DNA of 64,000 nucleotides from Acidobacteriota bacterium (GTDB lineage: Bacteria; Actinomycetota; AC-67), in the NCBI GenBank assembly GCA_016208485.1, contig JACQXY010000008.1, positions 568 to 64,567 on the forward strand, given 5' to 3'. The notes below the pieces were generated by a model. The model worked only from the letters and a program-made list of their open reading frames with translations. It was not told the origin of the DNA and made no database searches. Below, piece after piece: positions 40,161 through 49,155 of the stretch (the first letter of the stretch is position 1; each line of letters starts with the position of its first letter). Made by a program: the position numbers and the translations under genes.

Positions 40161-41084
40161 TCAGCGGCCCTGGGTCTCGAGCCAGCGCTCGGCGTCGATC
40201 GCCGCGGCGCAGCCGCTGCCGGCGGCGGTGATGGCCTGCCGGTAGATCCGGTCCACGGCGTCGCCGCAGGCGAAGACTCCCTCGACCGAGGTCGCGGTCG
40301 TCGGGTGGCGGACCTCGATGTAGCCGCCTGAGTCGAGGTCGAGCTGCCCGCGGAACAGGCCGGTCGTCGGCTGGTGGCCGATCGCGACGAAGAGGCCACC
40401 GGTCGCAAGCTCGGTCGTCTCCTCGGTCCGGACGTTGCGCAGGAGCAGCCGGTCGACGGCGCCTTCGCCCCGGACCTCCTCGATGACCGAGTCCCAGATG
40501 ACATCGATCTTCGGGTTCGCAAGCGCGCGCGCGGCCATTATCTTGGAGGCGCGCAGGCGGTCCCGCCGGTGCACGATCGAGACGTGGGTCGCGAAGCGCG
40601 TGAGGAAGATCGCCTCCTCGACCGCGGAGTCGCCCCCGCCGGCCACCACGAGCGGGACGCCCCGGAAGAAGAAGCCGTCGCAGGTCGCGCAGGTCGAGAC
40701 ACCGCGGCCGAGATGTTCGCGCTCCCCGGGAGCCCCGAGCATGCGTGCGGTCGCCCCGGTCGCGACGATGAGCACGGAGGCCTCGTGGGTCGCCTCGCCG
40801 ACCTCGACGACGAACGGCCGGCGGGAGAGGTCGACGCGGGTGGCGTCGGCGGTGACGAACTTCGCTCCGAAACGCGCGGCCTGCGCGCGGATCTTCTCCA
40901 TCAGCTCCGGACCGTGGATCCCGTCGGGGAAACCGGGGAAGTTCTCGATCTCGGTCGTGAGCATGAGCTGGCCCATCGGGGCGGCGCCCTCGACGACGAG
41001 CGGGTCGAGGGTCGCGCGCGCGGCGTAGAGCGCCGCGGTGAGCCCCGCGGGCCCCGAGCCGACGATCACGATCTTCTCCGCCAC
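40161..41084 (-). CDS. trxB: thioredoxin reductase
   Basis: GSGPAG, CATCDG, GGGDSA, YRQAITAAG. Confidence 0.96.
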   Translation of the reverse strand: MAEKIVIVGSGPAGLTAALYAARATLDPLVVEGAAPMGQLMLTTEIENFPGFPDGIHGPELMEKIRAQAARFGAKFVTADATRVDLSRRPFVVEVGEATHEASVLIVATGATARMLGAPGEREHLGRGVSTCATCDGFFFRGVPLVVAGGGDSAVEEAIFLTRFATHVSIVHRRDRLRASKIMAARALANPKIDVIWDSVIEEVRGEGAVDRLLLRNVRTEETTELATGGLFVAIGHQPTTGLFRGQLDLDSGGYIEVRHPTTATSVEGVFACGDAVDRIYRQAITAAGSGCAAAIDAERWLETQGR

Positions 41085-41214
41085 GAGATCCCTTCCGCGA
41101 GAGGCGCGAGCCGGCGAGAAACGGCAGGGATTCTAACGCAGGGGAGCCGCCGGACCTTCCCGAGCTCGGTCGATCGGGGGTTCCCCGTGGACGTGCGGCT
41201 CCCGCGGGCCTCGT

Positions 41215-41350
41215 GAATGGTCGGGTAGTCGAGGCAGCCCCGCTTGGCGAGCATGTAATCCGCGCAGCGATCGGCGTTCACCCGGCGCGGGGATCGAGGC
41301 TGAGACAGGTGGCCGTGCGCCGAATCGAGGCGCCGACCGGCGATGCCTCC
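41215..41350 (-). mobile_element. degraded transposase fragment (ISKra4-like)
   Basis: Minus-strand peptide NADRCADYMLAKRGCLDYPT resembles the ISKra4-family segment ADxCADYLxxKxxYLDYP. Recalled from memory, not searched. Confidence 0.5.
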
Positions 41351-41835
41351 CCCTTCAGCACCGCGAGCGCCCCCTGGGCGCCCCACGCCTCCGCCGCTCG
41401 ATTTCCTGCTCAGCGCTGGCACACTCGCCCGTCGTGAGTGGCCGCTGTGTAACGGACCCCCGGGATCTCACGATGTGGCCGCGTTCGGGCTGAATGCAGA
41501 CCCAACTGCGGACCGCGGGTGGCGCGCGACTAGCGTGCCGGAAGCCGCCCTGCCCGACGGGTTCTAGCCGCGCGCCTCGCGGGTTCGTGACACTGTCACA
41601 CCCGGGGGGTAGACTTCCAGGTGCACTTCGGACCAGGGAGGCGAAGGTGTCGGGAAGGTCGTCGGGCCGCAAGCAGGATACGCGGGAGCCTACTGCAGCC
41701 GTCCGCCCAACCGTTGATTCGATCGTTGCTCAACTGGCCGCGCTCACCCGCGAGCCCCAGCGAACGCCAGTCCCCAAGAGCGACACGAGTCCGGCGCCAG
41801 AGCCGCAGCGAACCTCGCCACGTCCGTAACAGCCC

Positions 41836-42580
41836 ATGGCCGGCGATCCAGCTATCGCTCTCATCTTCGATTTCGACGACACCCTAGTCCCCGACACAAC
41901 AACTCTACTGCTCAAGCATTTCGGTGTGGACGCTGATCACTTCTGGGGCAGTCAGGTCAAGCCGCTTGTGGAGAGCGGCTATGATGCGACGCTGGGTTGG
42001 CTCAAGTGTTTTCTCGCTTTGGTGGGCGAAGGAAGACCCCTGGGTCGCCTTAGCAACGCCGACCTCGAGCGATTTGGCGAAGAGTTGGGTGACCGCACGT
42101 ACCCAGGCCTTCCGGCCTTCTTTGGAGAGATTCGCACGACAGCCGAGGCTATCCTCCCGAACGTTCGCGTTGAGTTCTACATCATCTCTGGCGGCCTCCG
42201 CCCAGTAGTCACGGGCGTTCCCTTCGTTCGAGAACACTTCCGCCACGTGTACGCGTGCGAGTTGGGTGAAGACGATGGTGGTGTGGTTCGGCACATCAAG
42301 CGCGCCGTCACCTTTACCGAGAAGACTCGCTATGTCTTTGAGATCAACAAAGGGATCCCACCAGGCGAATCGGCGAAGAATCCCTATCTCGTAAACAAGG
42401 ACGTGAAGCAGGAGCAGCGGCGGGTCCCCCTTGAGAACATGATCTACGTCGGCGACGGCCTCACGGATGTTCCTTGTATGTCTCTACTTCCCCGAGTACA
42501 ACAAGGACAAGAACCTGGGAAGAGTCCTCCATCTCGCAGTCGCCGCGCGCTGTACTGCTATTGCCTCGCGCAGTCAGTAG
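41836..42580 (+). pseudogene. HAD-family hydrolase with internal deletion/frameshift
   Basis: FDFDDTL, IISGG, EKTRY, YVGDGLTDVPC. At about 42490 the frame runs on into nonsense, while a shifted frame gives PEYNKDKNLGRVLHLAVAARCTAIASRSQ-stop. Lower GC than flanks. Confidence 0.7.
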
Positions 42581-42684
42581 CGGCTCGCTCACCCAAGGCA
42601 CACTCAAGCGGTTCATGCCTGTCGACGACAGGCTGGTCGCGCTCCCGCCACGCCGTGCCGGCAGGGCGCCTGCCTCCGGGTGGA

Positions 42685-43440
42685 TCAGGAGAGCTTGCGC
42701 TGCGCGAAGTAGAGGACCCCGCAGTCGGAGGGCCGGAGCACCCACAGCTCGACGCGCTCGCTCGAGCCGAAGCCCACGAGATAGGCGGGCTCTCCGTTGA
42801 ACGAGGCGATCTCATACAGCACGGGGGTGAGGCCGGAGCCGGCGCCCAGCACGTTCGCAGCGCAGGCCTCGATGCCGGTGCCGGCGGGAGATCCCCCGCG
42901 GGCGGCGGAGTGGGGCCCGGTCGCTCCGCCTCCGGCGGTGTCCTCCGCGGGCGCCCCCGAGAAGACCGGGGCCGCGAGGCCGGGCGGGGCCGCGAGCGCG
43001 TCCAGCCGCGCGCCGATCGTGGTTTCGTCGTAGCTCGCCCCCGAGTCGACGACCGAGAGCATCGCGGATTCCGCCGTGAGCGCCTGCTCGCGCAGCGCCT
43101 GCTCGCCGGTCCCCGTCGGGCTCCGCTGCGTGATCGCGACCACGGCGACCAGCGCGGCGGCCGCCGCGGCGATCGCCGGGGAGAAGCGCGCGATTCCGCG
43201 CGCGGCCGCTCCGCCACGTCGCGCCCGGAAGACGGCATCGCGCAGCGCGCGCGAGTCCAGGTCGGACGGCTGGGGCCGCTCGAGCAGGGCGAGATCGGCC
43301 GCGGTCGCGCGCAGCGCGTCCAGGACGAGCCGGCACGACCGGCAGGTCGCGAGGTGCGCCTCCAGGGTCGCGCGCGCGGCCGCCTCCAGCTCTCCGTCGA
43401 TGTAGAGGGAGAGCTGCTCGAGCTGCTCGTGGGCGTTCAT
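42685..43440 (-). CDS. zinc-finger anti-sigma factor
   Basis: LSLYIDGEL...HLATCRSC ZAS motif, single TM. Confidence 0.88.
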   Translation of the reverse strand: MNAHEQLEQLSLYIDGELEAAARATLEAHLATCRSCRLVLDALRATAADLALLERPQPSDLDSRALRDAVFRARRGGAAARGIARFSPAIAAAAAALVAVVAITQRSPTGTGEQALREQALTAESAMLSVVDSGASYDETTIGARLDALAAPPGLAAPVFSGAPAEDTAGGGATGPHSAARGGSPAGTGIEACAANVLGAGSGLTPVLYEIASFNGEPAYLVGFGSSERVELWVLRPSDCGVLYFAQRKLS

Positions 43441-43449
43441 GTCGTCTCC

Positions 43450-44070
43450 CTACGTTAGAGGGCTCCCCTCCTCTCCTGGTTCCGATCTGTCGAGGTACCC
43501 GAGCATTCCGGCAAGCTCCAGGCGCGCCCGATGGATCCGGCTCTTCACCGTTCCGAGAGGGATGCCCAGGACGCCGGCGATCTCGGAGTAGCCGAGCTGC
43601 TCGAGATCGTGCAGGACGATGGTGGCCCGGTGGTCGGGGGAGAGGCGAGCCAGGGCCGCGCGCACGGCCCCGGCGCGCTCGGCGCGCTCGGCGCTCTCCT
43701 CCGGGCCGGGGCCGGGATCGGGCCGGTCGCAGACGTCATCGAGCGCGCGGGTCTCGCGCCGGCCGCGCCGCCGCAGCAGGTCGAGCGACGCGTTCACCGC
43801 GATCCGGTGCAGCCACGTCGAGAGCCTCGCGTCGGCGCGGAACGCGCGCAGGCCTCGCATCGCCGACACGAACGTCTCCTGCGCCACGTCCCGCGCGTCC
43901 TCGGGCTCGCCGCACATCCGGAGCGCCACCGCCCACACCTGGCGTTCGTAGCGGGCCACGATCTCGCCGAACGCGTGCGGATCGCCGGCGAGGTGGCGCG
44001 CGACTAGAGCGGCGTCTTCCGGAGCAGCCCGCGGAGCCGTCTCCCCGCGCGCCTCCGATACCCCGGTCAC
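43450..44070 (-). CDS. sigM: ECF sigma factor (SigM-like)
   Basis: DARDVAQETF, LSTWLHRIAVN, GTVKSRIHRAR. Conserved murJ-sigM-trxB context. Confidence 0.85.
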   Translation of the reverse strand: MTGVSEARGETAPRAAPEDAALVARHLAGDPHAFGEIVARYERQVWAVALRMCGEPEDARDVAQETFVSAMRGLRAFRADARLSTWLHRIAVNASLDLLRRRGRRETRALDDVCDRPDPGPGPEESAERAERAGAVRAALARLSPDHRATIVLHDLEQLGYSEIAGVLGIPLGTVKSRIHRARLELAGMLGYLDRSEPGEEGSPLT

Positions 44071-45134
44071 GAGTACACCCGCTCGATCGAGGCACTCACG
44101 AGGAGCCGGCGCGCGGGGATGCGCGCGACCGCTCCCACCGCGACCTCATCGAGGCCCTCCAGGGAGACCGTCACGGCCTGCATGGCGATCCGGCCGACGA
44201 CCGGCGCGCGGCGGGACCCGAAGAAGACGGCGCGCCCCGACTCCCTGCGCCCGAGCGCCACCGCCGCGGCCCGTCCTCCGAGCCGCAGGGCGCCGCGGAG
44301 CGTCTCCGTACGGGCGAGCGGCTCGACCCCGAACCCGTCGGCGTAGCCGACGGGGAGCGTGGCGACCCGGGTCGGCCGGGGCGCCCGCCACTCCCCTCCG
44401 TACCCGACCGCCGCGCCGGCCGGCAGGCGACGAACCGAGACCGCGCGCGCTAGCCACCCGAACGTGTCCCTCAGCGGGAACGGCACATGCGCGCCGGGCG
44501 GGTTCTGCCCGTAGAGGAGCGTGCCGATCCGGACGAGATCGAGGCGCGCGCCGGGCAGCGCGAGCATCGCGGCGGAGTTGGCGGCGTGGAAGAGGCACTT
44601 GATGCTGGCGTCGCGTACCGCCTCGCGCACGGCGACGAAGCGCGCGAGCTGCCGGGGGCCGTCCGGCCCCGCGGCTCCGGCGAAGTGGGTCCAGACCGCT
44701 TCCAGGGTGGCGTGCTCGGCGATGCGGCGCGCGGCCTCGACCGCCTCCTCCGGGCGCACGCCGAACCTGCCCATGCCGGTGTCGACCTTGAGGTGTGCGC
44801 GCGCGTTCCGCGGGAGCCGCTCGATCTCCTCGACCGCGCAGACCGCGAAGGCGCAACCGAGCTTGACCGCCGCGGCCGGGTCCGGGGGCGGGGTGAGGAG
44901 GAGGAGCGGCGCGTCCACTCCCGAGTCCCGCAGCGTGCGCGCCTCCTCGATCCGCGTGACGGCGAGCATCGCGGCGCCGGCCCGGGCGAACGTCTCGGCG
45001 ACCGGGACGAGGCCGTGGCCGTATGCGTTCGCCTTGACGACGGCGCAGACCGGGACCCCGGCGTGCTCCCTCGCCGCGCGCAGGTTCCCCTCCAGCGCGC
45101 CGAGCGATACCTCGACCCAGGTGGTCGGATCCAT
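44067..45134 (-). CDS. alr: alanine racemase family protein
   Basis: AVVKANAYGHG, HLKVDTGMGRFG, HAANS, VGYGG, PVGYADG. Confidence 0.88.
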   Translation of the reverse strand: MDPTTWVEVSLGALEGNLRAAREHAGVPVCAVVKANAYGHGLVPVAETFARAGAAMLAVTRIEEARTLRDSGVDAPLLLLTPPPDPAAAVKLGCAFAVCAVEEIERLPRNARAHLKVDTGMGRFGVRPEEAVEAARRIAEHATLEAVWTHFAGAAGPDGPRQLARFVAVREAVRDASIKCLFHAANSAAMLALPGARLDLVRIGTLLYGQNPPGAHVPFPLRDTFGWLARAVSVRRLPAGAAVGYGGEWRAPRPTRVATLPVGYADGFGVEPLARTETLRGALRLGGRAAAVALGRRESGRAVFFGSRRAPVVGRIAMQAVTVSLEGLDEVAVGAVARIPARRLLVSASIERVYS

Positions 45135-46204
45135 CAGTCCCCCGCGCCGGCGGCGCCTCGCCGGAGGCGCTTGGCGAGCGCGATCGCGCGCGGCGCCGCG
45201 ACCCGCCACAGAGCGTACCAGCCGGGCCGCAAGGGAAGGTCGAGCTGGCCGGCGTACTGGACGGTGCGCGCGCCGAAGCCCTCCTTGAAGCGACCCAGGC
45301 CGGCGAGGCGCTCGTCCGCCGGTTTGCCGTCGCGCACGGGGGAGACGCCGCGGAAGTCGTAGAGGGCGAGGCCGCGCTCCTTCGCCCATCGGATGGCGTG
45401 CCATTGCAGGAGGTGGTTCGGCATCGAGTTGCGCTCCTCGTTCGAGGAGGCGCCGTAGACGTAGATCGCCCTGTCCCCCATGACGAAGAGCATGACGCCG
45501 GCGATCGGGCGCCCGCCGCGCTCGGCGAGGAACGTGCGGAGGATCCCAGCCGGCTCCAGGTTGTCCCAGATCGCCTGGTAGTAGGAGCGGTCGCGGATGA
45601 GGAAGCCGTCGCGGCGCGCGGTCTCGCGGAGCAGGTCGCAGAAGACGCCGAGGTCGCCCCGGGCCGCCTCGCGAACCTCGACGCCGCGGCGCTCGGCGAG
45701 GCGGACGTTGTAGCGCCACTTCGACTTGAAGCCGCCGAAGATCTCCTCGAGCGGCGGGGAGAGGTCGAGCACCATCACCGTGCTCGGCTGGACGCCGCCG
45801 AACCCGCCGGCGTCCACGCGCCGCAGCCCGGCGGCGGCGAGCGCGCGGGCGCCCTCCGAGCCGGCCTCGACCGGAGGGTCGCAGGTGAAGGCGAATGCTG
45901 GACGGGCGTGCTCCCGCACGCCCCGCAACAGCGCCGCGAGCACGTCCGGGCGCGCGAGGTCGAGGACCGGGCCGCGCGGCGCGTAGGCGATCGGCGGGAA
46001 GCCGCGCGCCGGGCGCGCCGTCAAGACCGAGCAGGTCCCGGCGACCTCGCCGGCCTCGAGCGCCATGAGGCGGAGCGGCCGCCAGCCGCTCGCGCGCTTG
46101 ACCTCTCCCCACTCCCAGGACTGAAGCGCGTCGGCGAGCGGGGAGGAGGAGACGAACGCGTCGAAGCGCGCGCGGTCGTCGGCGATCTCGACTCGAATGG
46201 GCAC
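45134..46204 (-). CDS. FemAB/FemX/MurM lipid II aminoacyl transferase
   Basis: LQSWEWGEVK, YAPRGPV, KWRYNVRLAERRGV, YVYGAS, YDFRG, FKEGFG. Confidence 0.9.
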   Translation of the reverse strand: MPIRVEIADDRARFDAFVSSSPLADALQSWEWGEVKRASGWRPLRLMALEAGEVAGTCSVLTARPARGFPPIAYAPRGPVLDLARPDVLAALLRGVREHARPAFAFTCDPPVEAGSEGARALAAAGLRRVDAGGFGGVQPSTVMVLDLSPPLEEIFGGFKSKWRYNVRLAERRGVEVREAARGDLGVFCDLLRETARRDGFLIRDRSYYQAIWDNLEPAGILRTFLAERGGRPIAGVMLFVMGDRAIYVYGASSNEERNSMPNHLLQWHAIRWAKERGLALYDFRGVSPVRDGKPADERLAGLGRFKEGFGARTVQYAGQLDLPLRPGWYALWRVAAPRAIALAKRLRRGAAGAGD

Positions 46205-46401
46205 CGGCGCGATACTAGCGGCAGGAGCGAGAAGGCCGCCGGGGCCCCTCAGGGGAGCATCCACCGGGCGCGCGGCGGCGGTTCCTCGTAGGGCATGCGC
46301 TGCAGACATAGCGGACATGCAACTACTCTAAGAAGTTTAGAGTGCGGGCCGAAAGAGCCGCCGGAAAGGGGCTTCAGGCGGATACTCTCCGGGAACGCGC
46401 G

Positions 46402-47268
46402 CTACCCGGAGAAGAGGGTCCAGTCGTCGCCGATCGGCGCCCACGCCCCGATGATGGGAGACCCGTTTGCGAGCGCGTTTTGGAGGGCCGCCCCGGTGAA
46501 CCCCCAGGACCACTGCCCCGCGGGACCGGCGAACTGGGCATCCCCGTAGCCGAACGCCGCTCCGTACACCAGGGCGTCCGCCGCGGCTCCGAGCGCGGTC
46601 CCCGACCTCCCGTCGGGCGAGTTCCAGGTCCACGCGCAGGCGCGGCACGACCAGAGATCGACGGCGCCGACGAGCCCTTGGCCGGTCGTATGGGATACCG
46701 CGACCGTCCCGGCCGCGGCCGTCCCGGCCCCGACCCCCACGCCCCCGTTGGCGGGATCGGCGATCTTCATCACCGTCGTCCCCTGCCCCGAGGACGTGAC
46801 CACCTCGATGGAGCCTCCGGAAGCCGCATAGTCGACGGAGAAGTCGAGGGTCGCGTTCCCCAGGAAGTTGAGCAGTGAGTAGGACTCGCCCGGGGCGAGG
46901 TCTTGACCAATGAGGATCCATCTGAAGCGGATGGAACCCCCGTCCGGGGGCGTCACTCGGATGCTCTGGCTGCCGGCTCCCTGGGTCGTTGTGAGCGACA
47001 AGCCGTCGCCGCCGACGTTCCCCACGTCGACGAAGCTGAAACCCGCCCCGGCGAATCCGTTGCCGAAGGCCACGGGGCCTGCCGCTCCCGAGCCGGTGCC
47101 GGTTCCACTCAGCGCGACGACGGCGAGCTTCGCTCCCTGGGGGCCCGCCGTGATCTTCACGAGCACCCAGTCGGTGGACGCCGCCCGCGCGGGCGAGGCG
47201 AGCGCCGCCAGCGCGGTGGCGAGCAGCGCGATGAGCGAGAACCTGAACCTGCCGGGCCTCGGAGCCAT
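46402..47268 (-). CDS. secreted hypothetical protein
   Basis: Signal peptide ...ASPARA, Gly/Ala-rich beta-like body. GAGAGGAGG RBS. Confidence 0.7.
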   Translation of the reverse strand: MAPRPGRFRFSLIALLATALAALASPARAASTDWVLVKITAGPQGAKLAVVALSGTGTGSGAAGPVAFGNGFAGAGFSFVDVGNVGGDGLSLTTTQGAGSQSIRVTPPDGGSIRFRWILIGQDLAPGESYSLLNFLGNATLDFSVDYAASGGSIEVVTSSGQGTTVMKIADPANGGVGVGAGTAAAGTVAVSHTTGQGLVGAVDLWSCRACAWTWNSPDGRSGTALGAAADALVYGAAFGYGDAQFAGPAGQWSWGFTGAALQNALANGSPIIGAWAPIGDDWTLFSG

Positions 47269-47365
47269 GTCTGCCCCCTCCTCTCAGGTCCCGATGGACG
47301 GATGCCAACGGCCCCAAGGGGGGAGTTCGACGCGGAAATCCTCCTGCCGCTGGGCCCGGCGCGCC

Positions 47366-48748
47366 CTACCCGCCGGCGCCGAAGAATTCGACCTCGGACA
47401 CGAACGCGCGCCAGGGGAACTCGCTCTGGCTGTCGTCTTGGGCGAGCCGGGTGATCCAGAGCAGGAAGTAGCGTCCGCGCGGCGCGCGGGGCAGGGGGAC
47501 GATCGTGTCCTCGCTCGCGGTGAAGCTCCCGATGAGCCGGTAGTCGGCGACGCGCGTGCCGTCGGAGTCGGCCGCGCGCCACTCCGCGGCCCAGCCGGGA
47601 AGCGTCGAGCGCACGCGAATCCGCGCGAGCGCGCGGGGTGCGCCGAGGTCGAAGACGAGGCCGACCCCGTGCTTGCCTCCGCCGAGGTCGGCGCTACGGT
47701 ATCCGACGGTCTTCCAGGAGGTGAGCGGGTTGCCGTCGGCGGCGTCGGCCGCGATTCGCGGGTTCTCCTCGCCGTTGCCCGGTGGGGGGTCGAAGTCGGC
47801 CACCGACGCGACCGCGAGCGGCGCCGCCGATGGGGCGTGCGAGCGCGGGGGTCGCGAGCGGCCGAGGTCGGCCGGGATCTTCGTGCCGAGCACGATCGCG
47901 ACCGCGGCGAGCGCGAGGATGAAGGCGACCGGCGCGAGCCAGCGAAACTCGGAGGTGCGCGCGAGCAGCGGTTCGCGAGCCCGCGGCGCCTCCGCGCGCG
48001 CGAAGGGCGCGAGCGAGGCCATGAACGAATCGAGACGCGGCCTCTCCGCGGGATCCGCGGAGAGGGACCGCGTGAGGAGCGCGTCGAGAGCCGCGGGGAG
48101 GCGGCGGCGCAGAGAGCGCGCGGGGGCCGTCATCCGGTCGGGCGCGCGGCCGGTCACCATCTGGTACGTGAGCGCGGCCAGGGCGAAGCGGTCGGCAACG
48201 TCCGGGGAGGGTTCCCGCTCGCGCGGAAGGTACCCGGGCGGACGGGCGTGCCCGACCGGCGCGGGGACCTCGGCGAGGCCGGCGCCGAGCACTTTCGGCC
48301 GCCCCTCCACGTCGAGGGCGACCGTGGCCGGGGAGAGCGCGCCGTGCCAGCCGCCGTCCTCGTGCAGGGCCTCGAGGGCGCGCGCCACGGCGAGCGCGAT
48401 CCGGGCGGCCTCGGAGACATCGAGGGGGCCGGCGTCCATGCGGTCGGCGAGCCGCCCGCCGGGGGCGGCCTCGAGCACGACGAACTCGGGGTCGGTCCCG
48501 ATGTCGTAGATCTGCAGCAGGCCGGGGTGCGAGAGCTGCGCGGCGCGCGCCGCGGCGCGCCGGAAGGCGTGGCGGGCCTCCTGCGCCCTTGCGATCAGCG
48601 GCGCGAGAGTCTGCACGGCGACCGGGCGGTCGAGCACCCGGTCGCGCGCGCTCCAGACGTCGCCGAGCGGGCTGGTCCAAGCGACGCGCTGAAGGAGGTA
48701 CCGCCCGGCGACGAGTCTGCCGGGCTCGGGGGATGCCGAAGTCGCCAT
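47366..48748 (-). CDS. Ser/Thr pseudokinase - TM - extracellular beta-sandwich (MviN-KHD-like)
   Basis: ARDRVLDRPVAVQ (no Lys), WHGAL (no HRD), VLGAG (no DFG), then DFDPPPGNGEE..DGNPLTSW..YFLLWIT. Confidence 0.82.
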   Translation of the reverse strand: MATSASPEPGRLVAGRYLLQRVAWTSPLGDVWSARDRVLDRPVAVQTLAPLIARAQEARHAFRRAAARAAQLSHPGLLQIYDIGTDPEFVVLEAAPGGRLADRMDAGPLDVSEAARIALAVARALEALHEDGGWHGALSPATVALDVEGRPKVLGAGLAEVPAPVGHARPPGYLPREREPSPDVADRFALAALTYQMVTGRAPDRMTAPARSLRRRLPAALDALLTRSLSADPAERPRLDSFMASLAPFARAEAPRAREPLLARTSEFRWLAPVAFILALAAVAIVLGTKIPADLGRSRPPRSHAPSAAPLAVASVADFDPPPGNGEENPRIAADAADGNPLTSWKTVGYRSADLGGGKHGVGLVFDLGAPRALARIRVRSTLPGWAAEWRAADSDGTRVADYRLIGSFTASEDTIVPLPRAPRGRYFLLWITRLAQDDSQSEFPWRAFVSEVEFFGAGG

Positions 48749-48753
48749 CGGCG

Positions 48754-49155
48754 CTACTGGACGGGCGCCGAGTGCGTGCTCCGGGCCAAGGTCCAGCGCC
48801 TGAGCGCCTCGATCTTGTGGATGAAGATGGTCTTCGCGCGCTTCTCGACCGTGACGATCACTTCGCGCCCGTCGGCCGACACGCGGAAGTCCACGACGCG
48901 CGCCTCGCTCCGCCGGGCGACATCTTCGGCGGCCCGCTCGGCCGCAGCCTCCGAGTGGAATCGCGCGTATTCCGATCCCGCCTCGGTCGCGGCGTCGATC
49001 GCGATCCCGTCGACCTGGACTCTCGCGATCAGGACCGAGCCGGCCTCGAAAACGGCGACGCCGAAGAGCGCGAGGATGATCAGCAGCCGCAGGAGCCAGC
49101 TCGTCACGATGCCGCCGCTCTCGGGGCGCGCGAGGGAGAAGGAACGGGCGGCCAT
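48754..49155 (-). CDS. pilin/TadE-like small protein
   Basis: MAARSFSLARPESG|GIVTSWLLRLLIILALFGVAVFEAG resembles a class III signal peptide. TGATG-coupled to murJ. Confidence 0.6.
   Translation of the reverse strand: MAARSFSLARPESGGIVTSWLLRLLIILALFGVAVFEAGSVLIARVQVDGIAIDAATEAGSEYARFHSEAAAERAAEDVARRSEARVVDFRVSADGREVIVTVEKRAKTIFIHKIEALRRWTLARSTHSAPVQ

Noticed and set aside
41141-41204. Hairpin GGGAGCCGC...GCGGCTCCC upstream of the trxB promoter as a possible ncRNA or riboswitch
   Set aside because: No recognisable family motif; GC-rich stems arise easily by chance.
41836-43458. 540-aa ORF in the track
   Set aside because: Only the first ~218 aa are HAD-like. The rest is read-through antisense to the anti-sigma gene.
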